Shown here: positions 38,031 to 52,326 of the stretch, in pieces | How the letters are laid out: every line of letters starts with the position of its first letter | Position numbering within the stretch: position 1 is the stretch's first letter | From: Lama glama | Lineage: Eukaryota | Length of the DNA stretch: 64,000 nt | Assembly: GCA_028534125.1 (NCBI GenBank) | Contig: CM052817.1 | Coordinates: forward strand, 32,242,001-32,306,000 | Direction of reading: 5' to 3' | Program-made: the position numbers and the translations under genes | The notes under the pieces: model-generated | The model's database searches: none | Told to the model about the DNA's origin: nothing | Seen by the model: the letters and a program-made list of their open reading frames with translations, nothing else

Positions 38031-40073
38031 AGTATCAGGCAGTTAGGTGGAGGAGAGGGAGGAGAGGAAGGAGAGGGAGGATGGTCTGGAAGATGGTATT
38101 ATGCCCGCCTCCAACATAAAGGGGCTTTATTTCCTCTAAATGAGTGCCAGCAAGAAACCAGTTAGAACCTGAAAGCTGCAGCTGTGCAGTAGTGAGAAGG
38201 ACCTAACCGGACAGGACCCCAGTGCTCATTGTAATATAATTAGCATTGCTGTGTAGGCCCCGCAGGGATTTTTCTCTGTACACCACGGGGAAGGACATGC
38301 GCAAAGAGGACAAACTTAACTAAGCACTCCAGGGAGAAGAGCCATCAATCAATCAAAAGACCACCTCTAAGTGAGGGTGTAAGAGGAGGGGCAAACAAAG
38401 ACGATTGCACCCCTCCCTTGGATCCGCCCGCCTCCCATTCTTGGAGGTGCACTTTTCCTTCCCTAAATAAATCCTTTAAAACCTTGCTGTACAATGCACC
38501 ATCTCTTGTCTGCATTCTTATCTTTCCAGTAAGACAAGAACTGGGGTCTTCTCCCTTCTCCTCTTTGGGGTAACAGCAAGGGTGGCCAGGAGGTGGCAGT
38601 GTGGGTGGCAGGTTTTGTTGTGAGCCAAGGAGGGAGCCCATTTGGCAGGTTTTCTACAGGACAGTGATGTGACCTGGCCACGCCGTGGAAACAGTGCAAG
38701 TCCCAGCTAGGTTTTAATGGAGAAGAACAAAAGAGCAATCCGTATACCTTCACTTTTGGGTCAGGATTCAGGTTTTTAAAATAACCCCATCACGCGGTTT
38801 AGTGGTGACCTTCTTCGAAAAGGGGGAACCGAGTAGGAGCACATCTCCCCTGGGGCTGAGTTTTGCTCACATGTTGCAGTCAATAACATCACACATTCAA
38901 AGACAAAATTCTACGTTGCCATCTGCAGATTTAGGCTGTTACACAGTTGGGACTTCATAACCAAGTGGAAATCGAATCTTGGTGAATCTGTAAATTGATT
39001 TTTCCTCTGCTGACCATGTAGGGCTGGAGCCCATTACATTAAGCACTTTTGAATTCAGTTGAACATCTATTACTTAGATATGTGTTCTAAACAATACATT
39101 GACATTCTTTCCGCATACATTCATAGATCACTTAACAAATAGACTGAATATGCATCCTTCCCCATGCCCAGCTTCGCATTCCCACCCCTCGCCTCCCCAT
39201 CTCCCTTCCCAAACACAGCATTGGCAGCACCTATTGTACTGTTGGTGGCGGAAGCTTGTCTTCCAGAAACTTTCCCTCTGGATTCTAAGTGCTCTGAGGG
39301 CAGAATGGCGCCATTGTGGGTCCAGCGCTGGCCCCATCTTCCCTTACACCACGTGCCCCATCCTCACCCAGTGTTCCTCACAGCATCTTGCACATGAGAG
39401 GCTTTCCGTTGAATTGAGTGGTAAATCCAAGAGCGTTTCCGTGTGCATGCCTGTACAATTTAGCAAGACAAACATGGCCTGCCATAAATACCATAAATAC
39501 TCAGGGGACTTTTAGATGTGCCACCGAGTTAAAGGAAGTAATTCATTCCAGGCTGCTGAGCCAGCCAAGTAAAACCTGACGTGTTTCGAAGCCATGAGTA
39601 GTAGGTAGAGTGGGTGTGCGCTGTGTGCCAGCTAGCGGCAGGATTTACAGAATGGGAAGCTCTCGGGAGCCTTTTCTATCAAAGTCCAAAGCTTTTATAT
39701 AATCCACTCTCCCTACAAGTAACTCTTTCTGTGCAAGGAAATGCTTTTGCAACAATTTGGTTTTGTCACAGAGTGTTTTGCTTTCCCCTTGGCAACTGCA
39801 GGCAGGACTTGATGTTCTGGGATTTCTCCTCCTCTGGATTTGGGTGTGAGTTAATTTCCATTTTTACTGCTTGCAAATCATTGTCTAGGCTTTACAGGCA
39901 TGTGTGGCATGTGCTTAATGCCTCATACAGGACTTACCAGACATCTAATTCCTTCCTGGAGGCGGCAAACGTAGGTCAGCAATGTTCGCTGTCCCGCAGC
40001 CTCGCTGGAAATGCAGACCCTTTCAGGACCTTGCGTGGAAGATTTTTCAGCTCCTTTTATTTGCATATTAAAA

Positions 40074-40252
40074 TAGGGTTGCCAGGTAAACACAGATCAC
40101 CCAGTCGGATCTGAACAACAAATAATATCTTAGTATAAATAAGTCCCTAATATTGCATTGAGAAATACCTACAAACTGAGAGTGTTTGTTTACCTGAAAG
40201 GCAAACTCAGCTGGGCGTCCTGTATTTTCCTTTGCTAAACCTGGCAGCCCTG
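40074..40252. mobile_element. MER53-like palindromic hAT MITE
   Basis: TIRs tagggttgccag ... ctggcagccctg; internal 'tagtataaataagtccc' and 'ctgggcgtcctgtatttt'. Confidence 0.8.
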
Positions 40253-41520
40253 ATTAGAATCACAGCGGCAGCCAGCTCTGCGGGCTGATACCCTCCCTCC
40301 CTCAGTAAACGGAAGACGGCGAATGGAGCAGTTCTCCTGGCTTCCAGGTCTCCTGCTGTGCCCAGTGTCTCGGAGTGAGGGGAGCGAGGCCCGCAGTTTG
40401 CAGCCACGACGTGGGGCCAGGAGGAGGTGGGGAGGCTGTCCTTACAGCAAACAGCCTCTGCAGCTGGGTGGGGACTGCCTGTTGCAGGAACTCCAGAACA
40501 AACACTCCAGCTGCTTGAATTAAAAGAAACCAAACAAACAAAAAGCGGGGGTATGGGGAGCAGTCGACAGCCGTTTTAGCTTTTAACACTCTTGCGGGTA
40601 TAGGGGGCCCTGCTGCCTGCGCGGAGGAAGCAGCGCAGGGCTCCCCCATCGGATCCCAGGGAGGGTTGGAGAGCGAGAACGGGGAACCCTAGTCCCTGAA
40701 GATGGGTCCGTGGAGCCCATCACAGATGGCAGGAAGGTGAAGTTAGGGCTGGAGCTGTGAGAAGCACAGGGCTACTCCCAGACGCCAGGTATCGCCCTCT
40801 GTCCCCGTGCATGGAGCAGTGAGCACACCAGGTGTGGCATTTGCTGCACCAGAAGGCCCATCTTCTTGGGAAGGAGGGTCTGGAAGATGCTGTGACATCC
40901 TGGAAAGGTTTTCCAAATCTGCTGGGTGACAAGGCATCCCTGTCAAGCAAGTTGGCAGCGAGCAGGAGAGGCAAGGGTACGGATTGCCCTCACTGGTGGG
41001 GGACATCCAAAGTGAATTCTAGTTGATAACAGGGACTAGCTGGGTGACACTGGGCACATCAATTTACTTCAGTTTCCTCCTCTACAGAATGAAGTTGTAA
41101 TAAATGGTGGGCTCTGCCAGCTCTGATCTCCTTATTTATCTGGAAACTGCTCCAAATGGGAACAATGCTTCCTCCAAGTCAGTTCAGCTAACTACACTGT
41201 CGATGAGAAAGAACAGAATGACAAATATGGAAGAAGGAAAAAAAAAAAAAGAGGGGAAGGGAATTTATTTCCTGCATAATTATCAACATTATTTCTCATC
41301 CAGCATCAGACGTTCACTCCCCTTGCTGAAGGGTATGTGTGGATGGCTTTCGGGGAATGTGACCAACATTAATAAATTGATGCTGAGGCAGAACAACTGT
41401 ATCAATAGCAATTTTGGTGTCTGCAAGGTGACTGTGGAGTCTGGAATCATAGATGATACTCTTTTTTTCAGATTGAAAATATTTGTGACAACATTAAGTA
41501 CATTCACCTATGTTACTGGA

Positions 41521-41562
41521 ATATACATATATATATATATAGAGAGAGAGTGTGTGTGTGTG
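41521..41562. repeat. (TA)n(GA)n(TG)n compound microsatellite
   Basis: Read directly. Confidence 0.9.
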
Positions 41563-44500
41563 TTCATACACATGAGGAAAAAAGCAAAATGTAAGTGATT
41601 AGTGAATCTAAAAATAGTCAATGAAGGTGTATGGAACTAGGGTTTTCACAGGTGTATTCAGGTAACTGCTATTTAAACAGTGAAAGCATTGCATCTGAAT
41701 GGAAAATGAGCTTTTAAAATCAATGAGGTAAGAAATGACTGCAGCATTTTTACACTAGAGAAAGACCTGACTTTGCATTCACAAAGAATTTATGGGAAAT
41801 ATCTAGTATTAATAAAATGTTCTCATTTCCAAAAATAGACAGTGAGGGATTATTTTTCACTTTTGTTCATTTTGGAACTTTACATTTGGTTTGAAAGGCA
41901 TTTCTAATTTCTACACCACACCCTAGGCAAAAACTGCAGGAACCCAAGGGTTCATGCCTTCTGGCTCCAGCTGCTGCTGAGTGGGTTGCAAAGCCCCACC
42001 CAGAACTGATCAAGGCTGTGCTAGTTCCCCTTGCTGACGGCTACACCTGACTACTTTTCATTCAAACTGAAACGTCAACTCTGTGTTTAATTTACTTTGA
42101 TGAAATAATTCACCAAGTAAGGATTATTTGGAATCTGCCTTTCCCCTAAATTCTCATTCAGCGTTTGATGCTGGAATGTAGGGGTGGGAGTTATGCATAA
42201 AGCATGATCCTTGCTCGCAGTGTACTTACAGTCCAGATGCTTTAGGACACAGGTTGCATTAGGACTGATGTTTTAGTTCCAGGGATGGAATTGGAAGCAG
42301 GTTCTTTTTTCTCTAAAGGAGTGGATCTTAATTCAGCCCCACGAGATCTATGGGTAAAACCCTGGTGAGCTTCGGTGCCATCTCCAGCCCTTCTGGGTGA
42401 GCATAGCCTGTTGTCAGAGAAGGAAGAAGGACTTGTTCTGACAGCCTGCAGTCTCCGAGTGGTACCCAGTGTACCACCCAGGGCGCACTCTGTTGCCTTG
42501 GGCTACCCCGTGGAGAAAGTCAGCGGGCCCTCTCTTTACTGGGGTCACTGATGTAGTTTTCAGGGCATGGGCTATGCTGCCACAACAGCCTGCTAATCCT
42601 ATAAAAATATATGGCAAAAAATCCCACGCTTACATTTCAAACATAGTATTGGGGCCTAAATTTAAGCTGCTATTGAGCAATCAAGTTTCATTAGTCAGCT
42701 TTTTGTCTCAGTACATTTGGAGGACCATCTGATTACGAAAGAAGGGATGTCTGAAGTCTCGTTGTAACGTGGTGTTTCAGGGAAGCTCCTGAAGGAGACT
42801 ATCCAGGGTCCCCTACCAGGACACAGGTCAGAAAAATACTGTAGTGCAAGGCAGGGTGGAATAAAGGCTGCAGAGAATGACAGGGTATGCGCTTGTGGAG
42901 CACAGAGAGAGGAATGAGGAGGGTTGATTCTGGAACAGTCAGGAGAGGTTTCATAAAGAGAGGAGCAGCTTTTTGAGCAGGGTTCTCAAGGGTGGGTGGG
43001 ACATTCACAGGCAAGTACTGCAGAAACATGACCCCTGCACTCAGGAGCAGCACGAACTCCAAATACTAGATGAAATAAAATGATGCCAGGAGCAAGTAAT
43101 TAGCCAAATCCAATTTACCCTGTGTCTTTAGCAAGTCAATGGCATGGAAAGAAAGAGGTGGTGGAGAAGCGAAGATTAATCTAGATTTAAAAAGACCTAC
43201 TGCACCTCCTGTTAGTAGAATTCTCTGCCTTCCCTCCCTTCTTCTCCAACCCCCCTCCCCCATTCCCTCATTCATGTATTTGACAAATACTTATTCGGCA
43301 CTCATTGTGTGACTGGCACCGGGTTAGTGAATCAACGCCGTGGATCCTACCCTTATGTCTCTCCAGTTGATGCTTTCATTTCTGCCCCCTTCAGTCTCAT
43401 ACCTTTTCCACGACCTGTAAAACTAATGTAAACATTGACCTGGAATCAATAAATTCCACAGGCCATCTACAGGGTGAAGGGCAGGTGCAAGGACCTCCAT
43501 GGAAGAGGGCTCCGTGGAACAGAGCTCACAGACAAAAATGACAAGACGTGGTGAAGTCACATGGCAAGGAAGACAAATAGAAGATTATACACCCCAGAGT
43601 AATACAAACCCCTTTCTGAGAAACGTAGGATGCAAAAAATTTAAGTCTCTTTAAGAAAGGAAAACTTTTTAATTAAAAGGAACTGTAAGCAATCTTTCTT
43701 GCTCCTAAATGTCTATACATTTGTTTAATTGAGCATTATATGCAAATAATACTTCTTTGTTGAAAAGAGGAGATGCTGCCACCAGTGCATACTTGCTAAA
43801 TAAAGCGGGTGAGACAAGGTCTCAGGTGAGACAAGGTCTCAGGTGAGACTGCCTATCTCTGGCGGATTCTTTTTGGCTGTGTTGCCCAGCCATGCAGTGT
43901 AAAACCATCAGAACTCTTGTTATCAAAGTGTTTCATGATAAATGTTTCTTTTCACCCACGTGAAATGTAAACCTCTGTTGTTTGTTTGGACGTCAAAAAT
44001 CATGAAACAGATTTTAGAGACGTTTTAAAACGTCACAAAATGCAGGTAAGAGGTAGTAATAGACGAAAATAGTATTTTTTAATGACTGCAAATGTAAATA
44101 AAACAAGTTGTATTTTCTCTTTCTCTACTAAAAGCTGTTTCTGGTTCTACTAATACTTTAGAAAATACATTATGATTTCTGGTATTTGGAACAGTAGCAT
44201 GGTGAAAATAAGGCTTTTAACAATCTCAAAACCTAAACACAGCAGGAAGTTTTACGTTTCAACCCCAATAAATCAAAACAAAGGAATCTGAGCAGCAATT
44301 AGTAATGGCTTATCTCCATATACGGCTGCCAAACCACTGCAGTGTTAAATCTTATTAACCATCCATTGGTCTTATTATCTGTGTTAATATTAACATTTTT
44401 ACTCTGGGTTCATTTTGTGTGAAAGGATAAAACAAATGCATAGTTAATTATTTTATTTTAACTTACAAATAATTCTATGGTTCAGCAGATTATGAAAGAA

Positions 44501-44714
44501 AAGAAGTTAAAGTTTGGAATAGGAGGTGACATAGTGGGTATGCCACAGACCAAATGTAAAACCTTAAAAGTGTTCATGTGTGAACTCATGTATACAAAAG
44601 GGGTCTTTTCTAGCTCTGACTCTAAGTAGCCCAGTTACAGTTACCCCAACACTACACTGAAGGCAGGTAATCTATTCTTTATCCCTTTGCCTAATTTTTA
44701 TGTACTAATACAGT

Positions 44715-45268
44715 ATATTCCTCTAAGTTCTGATTAACTGTGCATAACAGAGCACCCTAAAACTTAAAGGCTTGAAACAACAACCTACTATTATCTCTCA
44801 CAGTTCTGGAGGTTGATTGGTTCAGCTGAGCTGTTCTTGGTTTGGGTCTTACAGGGTTGCAGTCAGGTGGTGGCTGTGGCTGACGTCATCATCTTTAAAT
44901 GTCTGGCATCCGGGATGGGAAGTCTGGAGTAATGGGGAGCTGGTTGGGCATCTCTCTCTCCATGTGACATCTGCATGTGGTTAGCTTGGGCTTCCTCACA
45001 GTATGGTGGCCTAGGGTAATCGGACTTCTTGCATGGTGGCTGGCTTCGTCCTGAGCGAGCATTCCAAGGCACCTGGGGGGAGCTGCAGAAGTTCTAATGA
45101 CAGTCTCGGGAGTCCTGCAGGGTTAGCTCTACTGTACTCTGTTGGATAAAGCTGTCGTAAGTCAGCTCAGATTTGAGGAGGCGGGGGAATAGCCTCCTCC
45201 TCTCAATGTGCCCTGCATGTATGAACAGGGAAGAAACTGGTGGTTTCACAAAGCATGTTTCTACCACA
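44715..45268. mobile_element. MLT1 (H/G-like) solo LTR
   Basis: 'gcataaca...ccctaaaacttaaaggcttgaaacaacaa...ttatctctcacagttctg...ttgggcttcctcacagtatggtggc...tctaccaca'. Confidence 0.8.
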
Positions 45269-47929
45269 CGAATTAGTTCATGTGTGGTTAGACAATGGTC
45301 TCAGTCTAACTTAGAAGTCAAGTTTGATCATATCAGACTTTCTCTAGGCGAGGGGAAGCAGAAGAGCAGGAGTGGAATTACAACCTTCAGCAGGAAAGAA
45401 AACAATCCCACAGCTCAGTGCTGCACTGGGAGTAGGGCTCCTTTAGCTGAGTTTTGTGAAAATTGAAAATGAGCACCTGCACCAGGCTTTCTGGGGAGGC
45501 CCAGACAGCGCACCCAGCCTTGTGCCACATTTGGCTCCTGTGCCTGGGAAGTTCCTGGCTCAGAGCTGGTTCAGTCTGGGTTGTCCCAGCAGCCCCCAGC
45601 TCTGCTCTAACCAGACTGTGGCCAGCATTTCCACTCGATGTTTGTGTGAGTTTTTAATGTCTTCCAGTGTAGCCTCTAGCCATGTCTAGCTGCCTGCCTG
45701 GGTCGTCCAAGGTGATCGCCAAGGTACCAGTGATTGTTTCTCTTAGTGCTTTGCTTGCGAGTTTGCCTGTCTTTTGAGTGGTCTCCCTAACTTTATTTAC
45801 CCCATAAACTCCATGACTTTTAATGTGTGATTTTGTAAGAATGTGAGATTTTTCAATTACACACATTTCACATTATAGCAGACAAACCAGAACTATTTAT
45901 TCTCTAAATGAAAGCAGATCTCCTTGGAGAGAAACTGATTCCATTCTGGGGGTAATATTCTAGACTGGCTTGGAACATTTATGTCAGAAAGCCATGATGC
46001 CTTAGAAATTCTGGAGAAAGACATAGAAACCAGCTTAAAAGGGGGATCCACTGGTCAAATTTCAGCAATTTGAGTATCAAAAAAAAATACACCAAAAAAA
46101 TTATGGTTAATTAAAATATATTAAGTCATGAAAAGCCAGGGTCAATAATGATACTCAAAGAAAAATAACGAGAATTTTCTTTTCAAAAAGCAAGTGTTAT
46201 ATTTGGGGTGCATTTATTCAAATGAGCAAAGGTATTGCTCATGTCTAACTGTACAACTTGCTTCAGTATTGCAGCTACATATACACACAAAGGCAGACTA
46301 ATTACATGTCAGCAAAAGACTGGAAAGATTTCACGTCCAGGTTTGGGACATGATGGCGACTGAAGTACGTTCGTTATATGCTAAGTTATGAAGAATCTAA
46401 AGAGCCTTAAAATTCACTAAGACTGCCACTGCCCACATCACCTAGAATTTTCAGATAGTTGTAGGACATTAACGTGAGTAGATGAAAAATATAAACTGGC
46501 TGATGTTCGTGTAGAAACAGTGTTCAGAGGGCCACAGCTCTTGTCCTGAAGTTCTCATAAATTAACACTTTCAGGCAACAGAAAGACAGCGCGCTCCCCC
46601 CTTACTTATTAGTGGACAGGCTTGTGAGACCTGCTGCCGCCAGTCTGTGGCCGGACACTCACGCTATCTGATGACACAGTAATCTAGTAGAAGCACTAGT
46701 GAAATTCATAAGCCAGGGGAACCCCTTCTCCCCTTCTCACCTGTGTCTCCCTTGGGTCTGAAGTTCCTTCAGAGAAGACTTGTAGCCTTGAGTTGAATGG
46801 ATTTTGTCTTTCGAACATACTGGAAATGTGGCGATATCTCTTTGCTTGCATTTATTTGCTGCCTGGTGGTTCTCACGGTTACTCCTGGTGACTCCCGGTT
46901 ACTCCTTTGATTTTCCTCCCTTGCCCTGCAGAGAACTGGACGAACCCTTCCCAGGAGGGAGGGAGGGAGGGAGAGGCCTGGGGACTTACCTCTTGAACCA
47001 CTCAAGAGGGTTACAGGAAATTTTTGTTGACCTAAACCAAAACGACTTTATTGACCCTGAAGGGTAGACGCTAACATTAAAAAGACAATTAAATATGGAA
47101 CTAGTTGTTCCTCAAAAAAAAAAAAAAGTTTTACTGTTTCACATGTTGTTTTTGCAGCCTTTAGTCCAAGACATGTTTAATAGTTTTAGTTTTAGAAACA
47201 TATAAAGGTAAATTAGGCCAGGTATTTCAAATGTTTCTTAGATGAAAATATGCTATTATGGAATTGTTAGGCTGGTAAAAAAAACTGAATTACTTTGCTA
47301 AAGATACACAAAAAGACTTACCTTAATGAAAGAGATTTTAAAAGGTCATTTATGTAATAATAGAACTAGAGACAAGTGAAATAAGTGAAACTAAAACAGA
47401 GGGGAAAATTGGGGCAAAGGAGATGGATGCAAATTAGGAAGCTTAAAGTTTGAGGTGAATTGGAGGCAGACCTCAAAGTTGAGACATTTTGGAAACCTGG
47501 GAGGAGCAGGCTTCAGATGCCACTCACATCAGGCAGTACGCATCAGCCAAGCTTACAGCAGGCACGTGGAGAGGGGTTTTGCAAATTCATTTTTATCAGT
47601 GCTTGCCGAGACCCAGAGCTGCTTAACTGCAATGCCTGTGATGTTTATGCCGCATTGCCATAAGTTTTTTTTTTTTGGAAGTGTGAACAAAAACAAAAAT
47701 CGTCAAAACTATATACAATTTTTCCTCTGTGCTGCTGGAGTAGAAGGTAATTTTTCACTTTATAAAGTAACTGCCAACTCTGAGATGATTTTCAGCTTCA
47801 TAGACTCTAGGCTGGAACTGAATTTTACCCAGCAGTTGGAGGTCGGCCAATAGAAGAGTCTCTCGTAGATCTCAGTCAAGCCAGGTGAAACCTTGTTTTC
47901 CCCATCACACACAGCGGTACAGTGGGGCG

Positions 47930-50900
47930 CAGGGGAGGAAGAAAGTGGTCCATTCTACTTGGGTGGAATGAACTGAGAAAGGCTCTTGGAGGAGGTGACA
48001 CTTAAACAGCGTCTTGCAAAAAGCACAGATATCGCCAGGCAGCTTAACGGAGGGGCCAGATGTGCAGCCAAAGGTGTGCAGGAGGGTGGGGAGGCACGGT
48101 GGGGTGGCATAGTCTGGTGTGTCTGTAACTATGGATTTCAGGAACGAGATAGGGCACGATGGAATCAATACTATATGGAAAGTTAGATGGAAAGCCTGGC
48201 CAGATCCCGGACATCCTTGTACATCATACTAAAGAGTTTGTTTTCATTCATTTATTTAATAAATCCATATGTTGACAACCTAACTAAATGCCAGGACTTT
48301 AGGAGACAAGACACATTTTTTGTTGTTGTTCTCATGGAGGTAATAGTATAGAAGGGGCAGACAGACGTTAAATCAGTAATTGCACAAGTAAATTTTTAAC
48401 TTTACCTGTGGTAAGTTCTCCTCTGTGAAGGACGATGTGTGTGTAATGGGAGAGTTTGCAACAGGAAAGTCTAACTCAGTCTTGGGGGCAGGGAGGTGTC
48501 CAAGAAGGCCCCCCTGAAGACGTGACAGTCAAGTCGAGACCCAAGTTGGGTCTCCTGAGCTTGAGGAGGGCTTGGCTGGGTGGGGTTGTGGGTGGGGTTG
48601 GAAAGAGCATTTCAGGTAAAGGCCTGGAGACAGAGTTAGGTGGAGATTTATTAAAGAAACAGAAAAGCCTGCAGCCTAACCCAGACTCTACTCAGGGAAG
48701 CCACGTCATCATACCTGGGTTTTAGGAACCACCCCCTGGCTGTAGTGTGGGGATAATAAGGGCATGCAGGCTGGGAGGTAAAGAAACCAGTTGGTGTGCT
48801 GTCGTCACAGATCCAGTGGGAGTGTTAAGTGACAGCTGAAGCTGTGTGTGGACAGAGATGACAGGATGGACTTGTGTGCTGAGGGGCTAGAAGGGGCTGT
48901 TTAATGACCAATGGATTAGATGTGGGAAGTGAGGAGAGGGAGACTCTTGGGTTTCTGGATGGAGCAGCGGGGCAGATGCTGAAATGGAACACAGGGTGAG
49001 ACTGGGTGGGTGGCGAGGATGAAGGGCTGCTACTGAGTTTCATTTTGGACACACTTTGTTTGAAGTGCTGATGGAGATATCCAACAGGCAGCTAGATGTG
49101 AGTGTAAAGTTCCAGAAAGATTTCAGAGTTGGGGTTACAGAAGTGAGAAACCGCAGCAGTAGGCGGTGGTGGAAGCCATAACAAGTGACATGGGGAAAGG
49201 GAAATGAGAGAGAAGACCAGAGGGTCCGGGACCCTAGGAAACAGATATTTATGAGGAGAACATAGGAAGAGGGGGCAGAAAAGGGGCCTGGAAAGAGTGA
49301 AGTGTGTGCAGCACAGCCTCCCTTTGCCTGAATCTGTTCTCCACATCCGCTTTCTCCCCTCCTCTGTCCCGCTCTGTGGCTGGGAAGGCTGCCCTCTGTG
49401 GCCTGCATGGACCAGCTCTCTTGCCCTCTGGCTTCCAGAGGTCAGCCCCTGGGAGACCGGGGTGTGAGAAGAGAGGCTGGGTGATTATTCTCCTGGCTTC
49501 GTCCTGCTGGGCTGTGGATGGTTGTTGGCCACGTTCCTCTACCAAGGGCCACAGCTCCTCTTGTAGCTGCAATTCTCCTTGTCTCCTCAGGCCTGAGCGT
49601 GGGAAAGGCTTTCTTCTGTTTAGTCCTAGGCCTTAGGTTATTTCCCTTCCCTTGCTAATTTCCTGCATCCTGTCCAGATCTTTCCAAAGGATTCCTTCAT
49701 TAAACTCTCTCCAGCCACCCTGTTTCTTGCCATCTGGGTCCTGCTGGGATCCTCACCTTTACAGAGTTGTATCACAAAGCCACAGAGAAAGAATGTCAAG
49801 TTGAGAGTGGCCAACAGTGTCCAATGCTGCGGAATTTTGACTTGATGAGACTGAAGAGTCCATGGCACGTCCAGTTGGAGATTGGTGACCGCTATCAGCA
49901 CGAGTTAAAGGAACAGTCAGCTGAAGCCTGACCATGGTGCACTGACCAGACAATGGACGGTCACTGACCACTCCTTGGAGGAGCTTAGCTATGAAGGAAA
50001 GAAGGAGGTGGTATTTTGAGGTAATGGCAGGGTGGTGTTTTCGTTCTTTAATTCGAATGTTGAAGGGATCTGAGAATGCTTATTGCCTGTGGGAAGGAGC
50101 CAGTGGACAGGGAAAGAGGTTGGACATGCAGGAAGGGGAAATATGACCGAATCCACACCCAGGACTGCAGCAAGAGCAGACAGGAGGGACTAACATTGAC
50201 CAAAGGGATGCTGATGACTTAGACTGGAGGAAAGGCGTGCATGTAGACAAGGTTATAAGAATGTTTACTGTGTGGGATAGGGGAGTGACGGAGTTTCTTC
50301 CTGATAGCCTAAATTTTCTCAGTGAAAATTCAAGGACAGGGAAATTTCAAAATGGTAGTTATAAACATGGGGGGAGAAATTGATCAGGGACCAGTGAAGG
50401 CCTCAAAAGTTTGCTGACATAAATGAATAAATTATTGATAGAAAGTGCTAGAAACCAGAATACAGAATGTGTGATGGAGTGATAATGTCATGAGATGAAG
50501 CTGGAAAGGTAGGATGTGTCTAGATTTGGTCTTTTTCTAGATGATAGAGAGCTGTCAAAGGTTCTGTGTGGTGGAGAGATGAATAGGATATAAGAGTATT
50601 TGGGGGTGAGTGGAGTCAAGGAGAGGTACTAAAGGTCACAAAGAGGCCTTAAAATAGTCTAGGTGATAGATAAGGGATGTGCCTTATTCGGGGGTTGAGA
50701 GTAGAGATCACAAAGTTAAGAGTTACTGAGGAGCTAGATCCTATGAGACTAGTGGTGATGCAACAGTTGGATTGGGAGGTCCTTAGGGCCATTCCCCCAG
50801 ACTCCATCACCTTCCATCATAGTCCACCCTAAATATTCACTCTAAGTAAATAAAAACAGGGTGCTTCCCACACAAACACTGGTTCAACATACATTGCCTA

Positions 50901-51300
50901 GTGCCCATTTGGATTTTCATGCTTAAATGTCTCCTTATATAGACATTCAGAAATTCTCACTGCATAGAGTTTGGAAGCTACTCAGATTTAGGAAGTGAAA
51001 GAGAAGGAGTTGGAGAGAAGACAGATTTTAACTGGCTTTACTGGGTGAGAGTCATGATGCTATCGACCAAGAAGGAGAATGTGGGAGGTCACATGCGTGA
51101 AGGAACATGATAAATTTTGGTCTGCGTAGATTTGGGCAGCTAGAGTGGAGAGTGGGAGCCTGGAGCTTGGGAGGAAGGCTGGGCCTTGTTGTACAGACCT
51201 GCATGTCACATTTACAGAGCTGGCTGTGAAGCTGTGGGGTCCAAGGAGAGTGGCAGAGAAAGACTGGGAACAGACCCTTGAGGGGTGCTCTTCAAGAGGG
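47930..51300 (-). mobile_element. Cluster of L2 fragments with an LTR16-like insertion at ~49300-49720
   Basis: L2 hallmarks 'ttcattcatttatttaataaat', 'tgagtttcattttggacac...tttgaagtgc...ggagatatccaacaggcag'. LTR16-like 'ttccttcattaaactctc...gccatctgggtcctgctggga'. Confidence 0.6.
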
Positions 51301-51308
51301 CAAAGCAT

Positions 51309-51451
51309 GGAGGGCGAGTAGAGCTCAATGTAGAGCACATGCCTAGCATGCACGAGGTCCTGGGTTCACCCCCCAGCGCCTCTATTTAAACAAACAAACA
51401 AACAAATAAACCTAATTACCACCCCTCTCCGCCAGGCAAAACAAAACAAAA
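51309..51451 (+). mobile_element. tRNA-derived SINE (vic-1-like) with TSD
   Basis: Degenerate A and B boxes, 'aaacctaattacc' tail, TSD aagagggcaaagca / aagaaggcaaagca. Confidence 0.88.
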
Positions 51452-52049
51452 AAGAAGGCAAAGCAGAGGAGAAGTGTCAGGAAGGAGGACGGGAAAAAGG
51501 CAGAGAAGTAGGGGGATAAACAGAAGAACACAGCTCCTGAGATCCCTGATCGGAGAGTCTCTTCAAGGACTAATCAAGAGCAATAATGGAGTGCCTTTGT
51601 CTTTTACGTAAAACATCACTTCTCTTCTTGAAAATTGATTTTTAATTTACATTGTGCTCTACAAAATGGTGCCTCCTTTAACATTACTTTTTGACAAATA
51701 CTGAGAATTGCTCTGGATTTCTCCAGTTTTACAGTTCCCTAATCAACCCCAAAAGCTGTGTAGTTCTTTGTGCAGAATTCATTAAAATCTGTCCAGTAGT
51801 CCCGTCTAAGTGCATTAGTAGGCACTGAAGATGTTCCTGGAATTTCTCTTTGATTTTCAAGTTGAACGTCCTTGTCTTTGTCATAGTAGAGCTGGTCCTC
51901 ACATGGAGAGCCAACTCCCCTCAGGTTTCTCTGGGTCTGCACTTGCGTATAAAAGTTAGAATGATTTCTTCTAAGTGCAGCAGGCTCCCCTCTGAATGCT
52001 GACACCCGTCTCTCTCACTGAAGTGCTCCCGTGCTCTTAGTCAACTAGT

Positions 52050-52055
52050 TTTATT
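52050..52055 (-). promoter_or_regulatory. Candidate LRRC66 polyadenylation signal AATAAA
   Basis: AATAAA on the minus strand ~270 nt after the stop. An alternative ATTAAA lies at 51641-51646. Confidence 0.45.
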
Positions 52056-52326
52056 TGGAAGCTCTTGTAGTAGTGGTACCTGGCTCTTGTAACTGTTTTC
52101 AAAATAGCCCCCACCCGCCACCCTCCTTCTACACTGAAGAGCCAGTTCCTCACCACAGGAGTGTAACACATTTGGCTTAGAACCTTTCCCGAATCACCGT
52201 CCTCAGGACGTACAAACTTCTCATTTACATCAGTGTCCATTCTGAATCTTGTTGTGAGGGTTTGAAGTTTTCCCTGTAGTTATCTTGGAAGGAATATTGT
52301 TTTGAGGTTCTCGGCATGTGAGGTCC

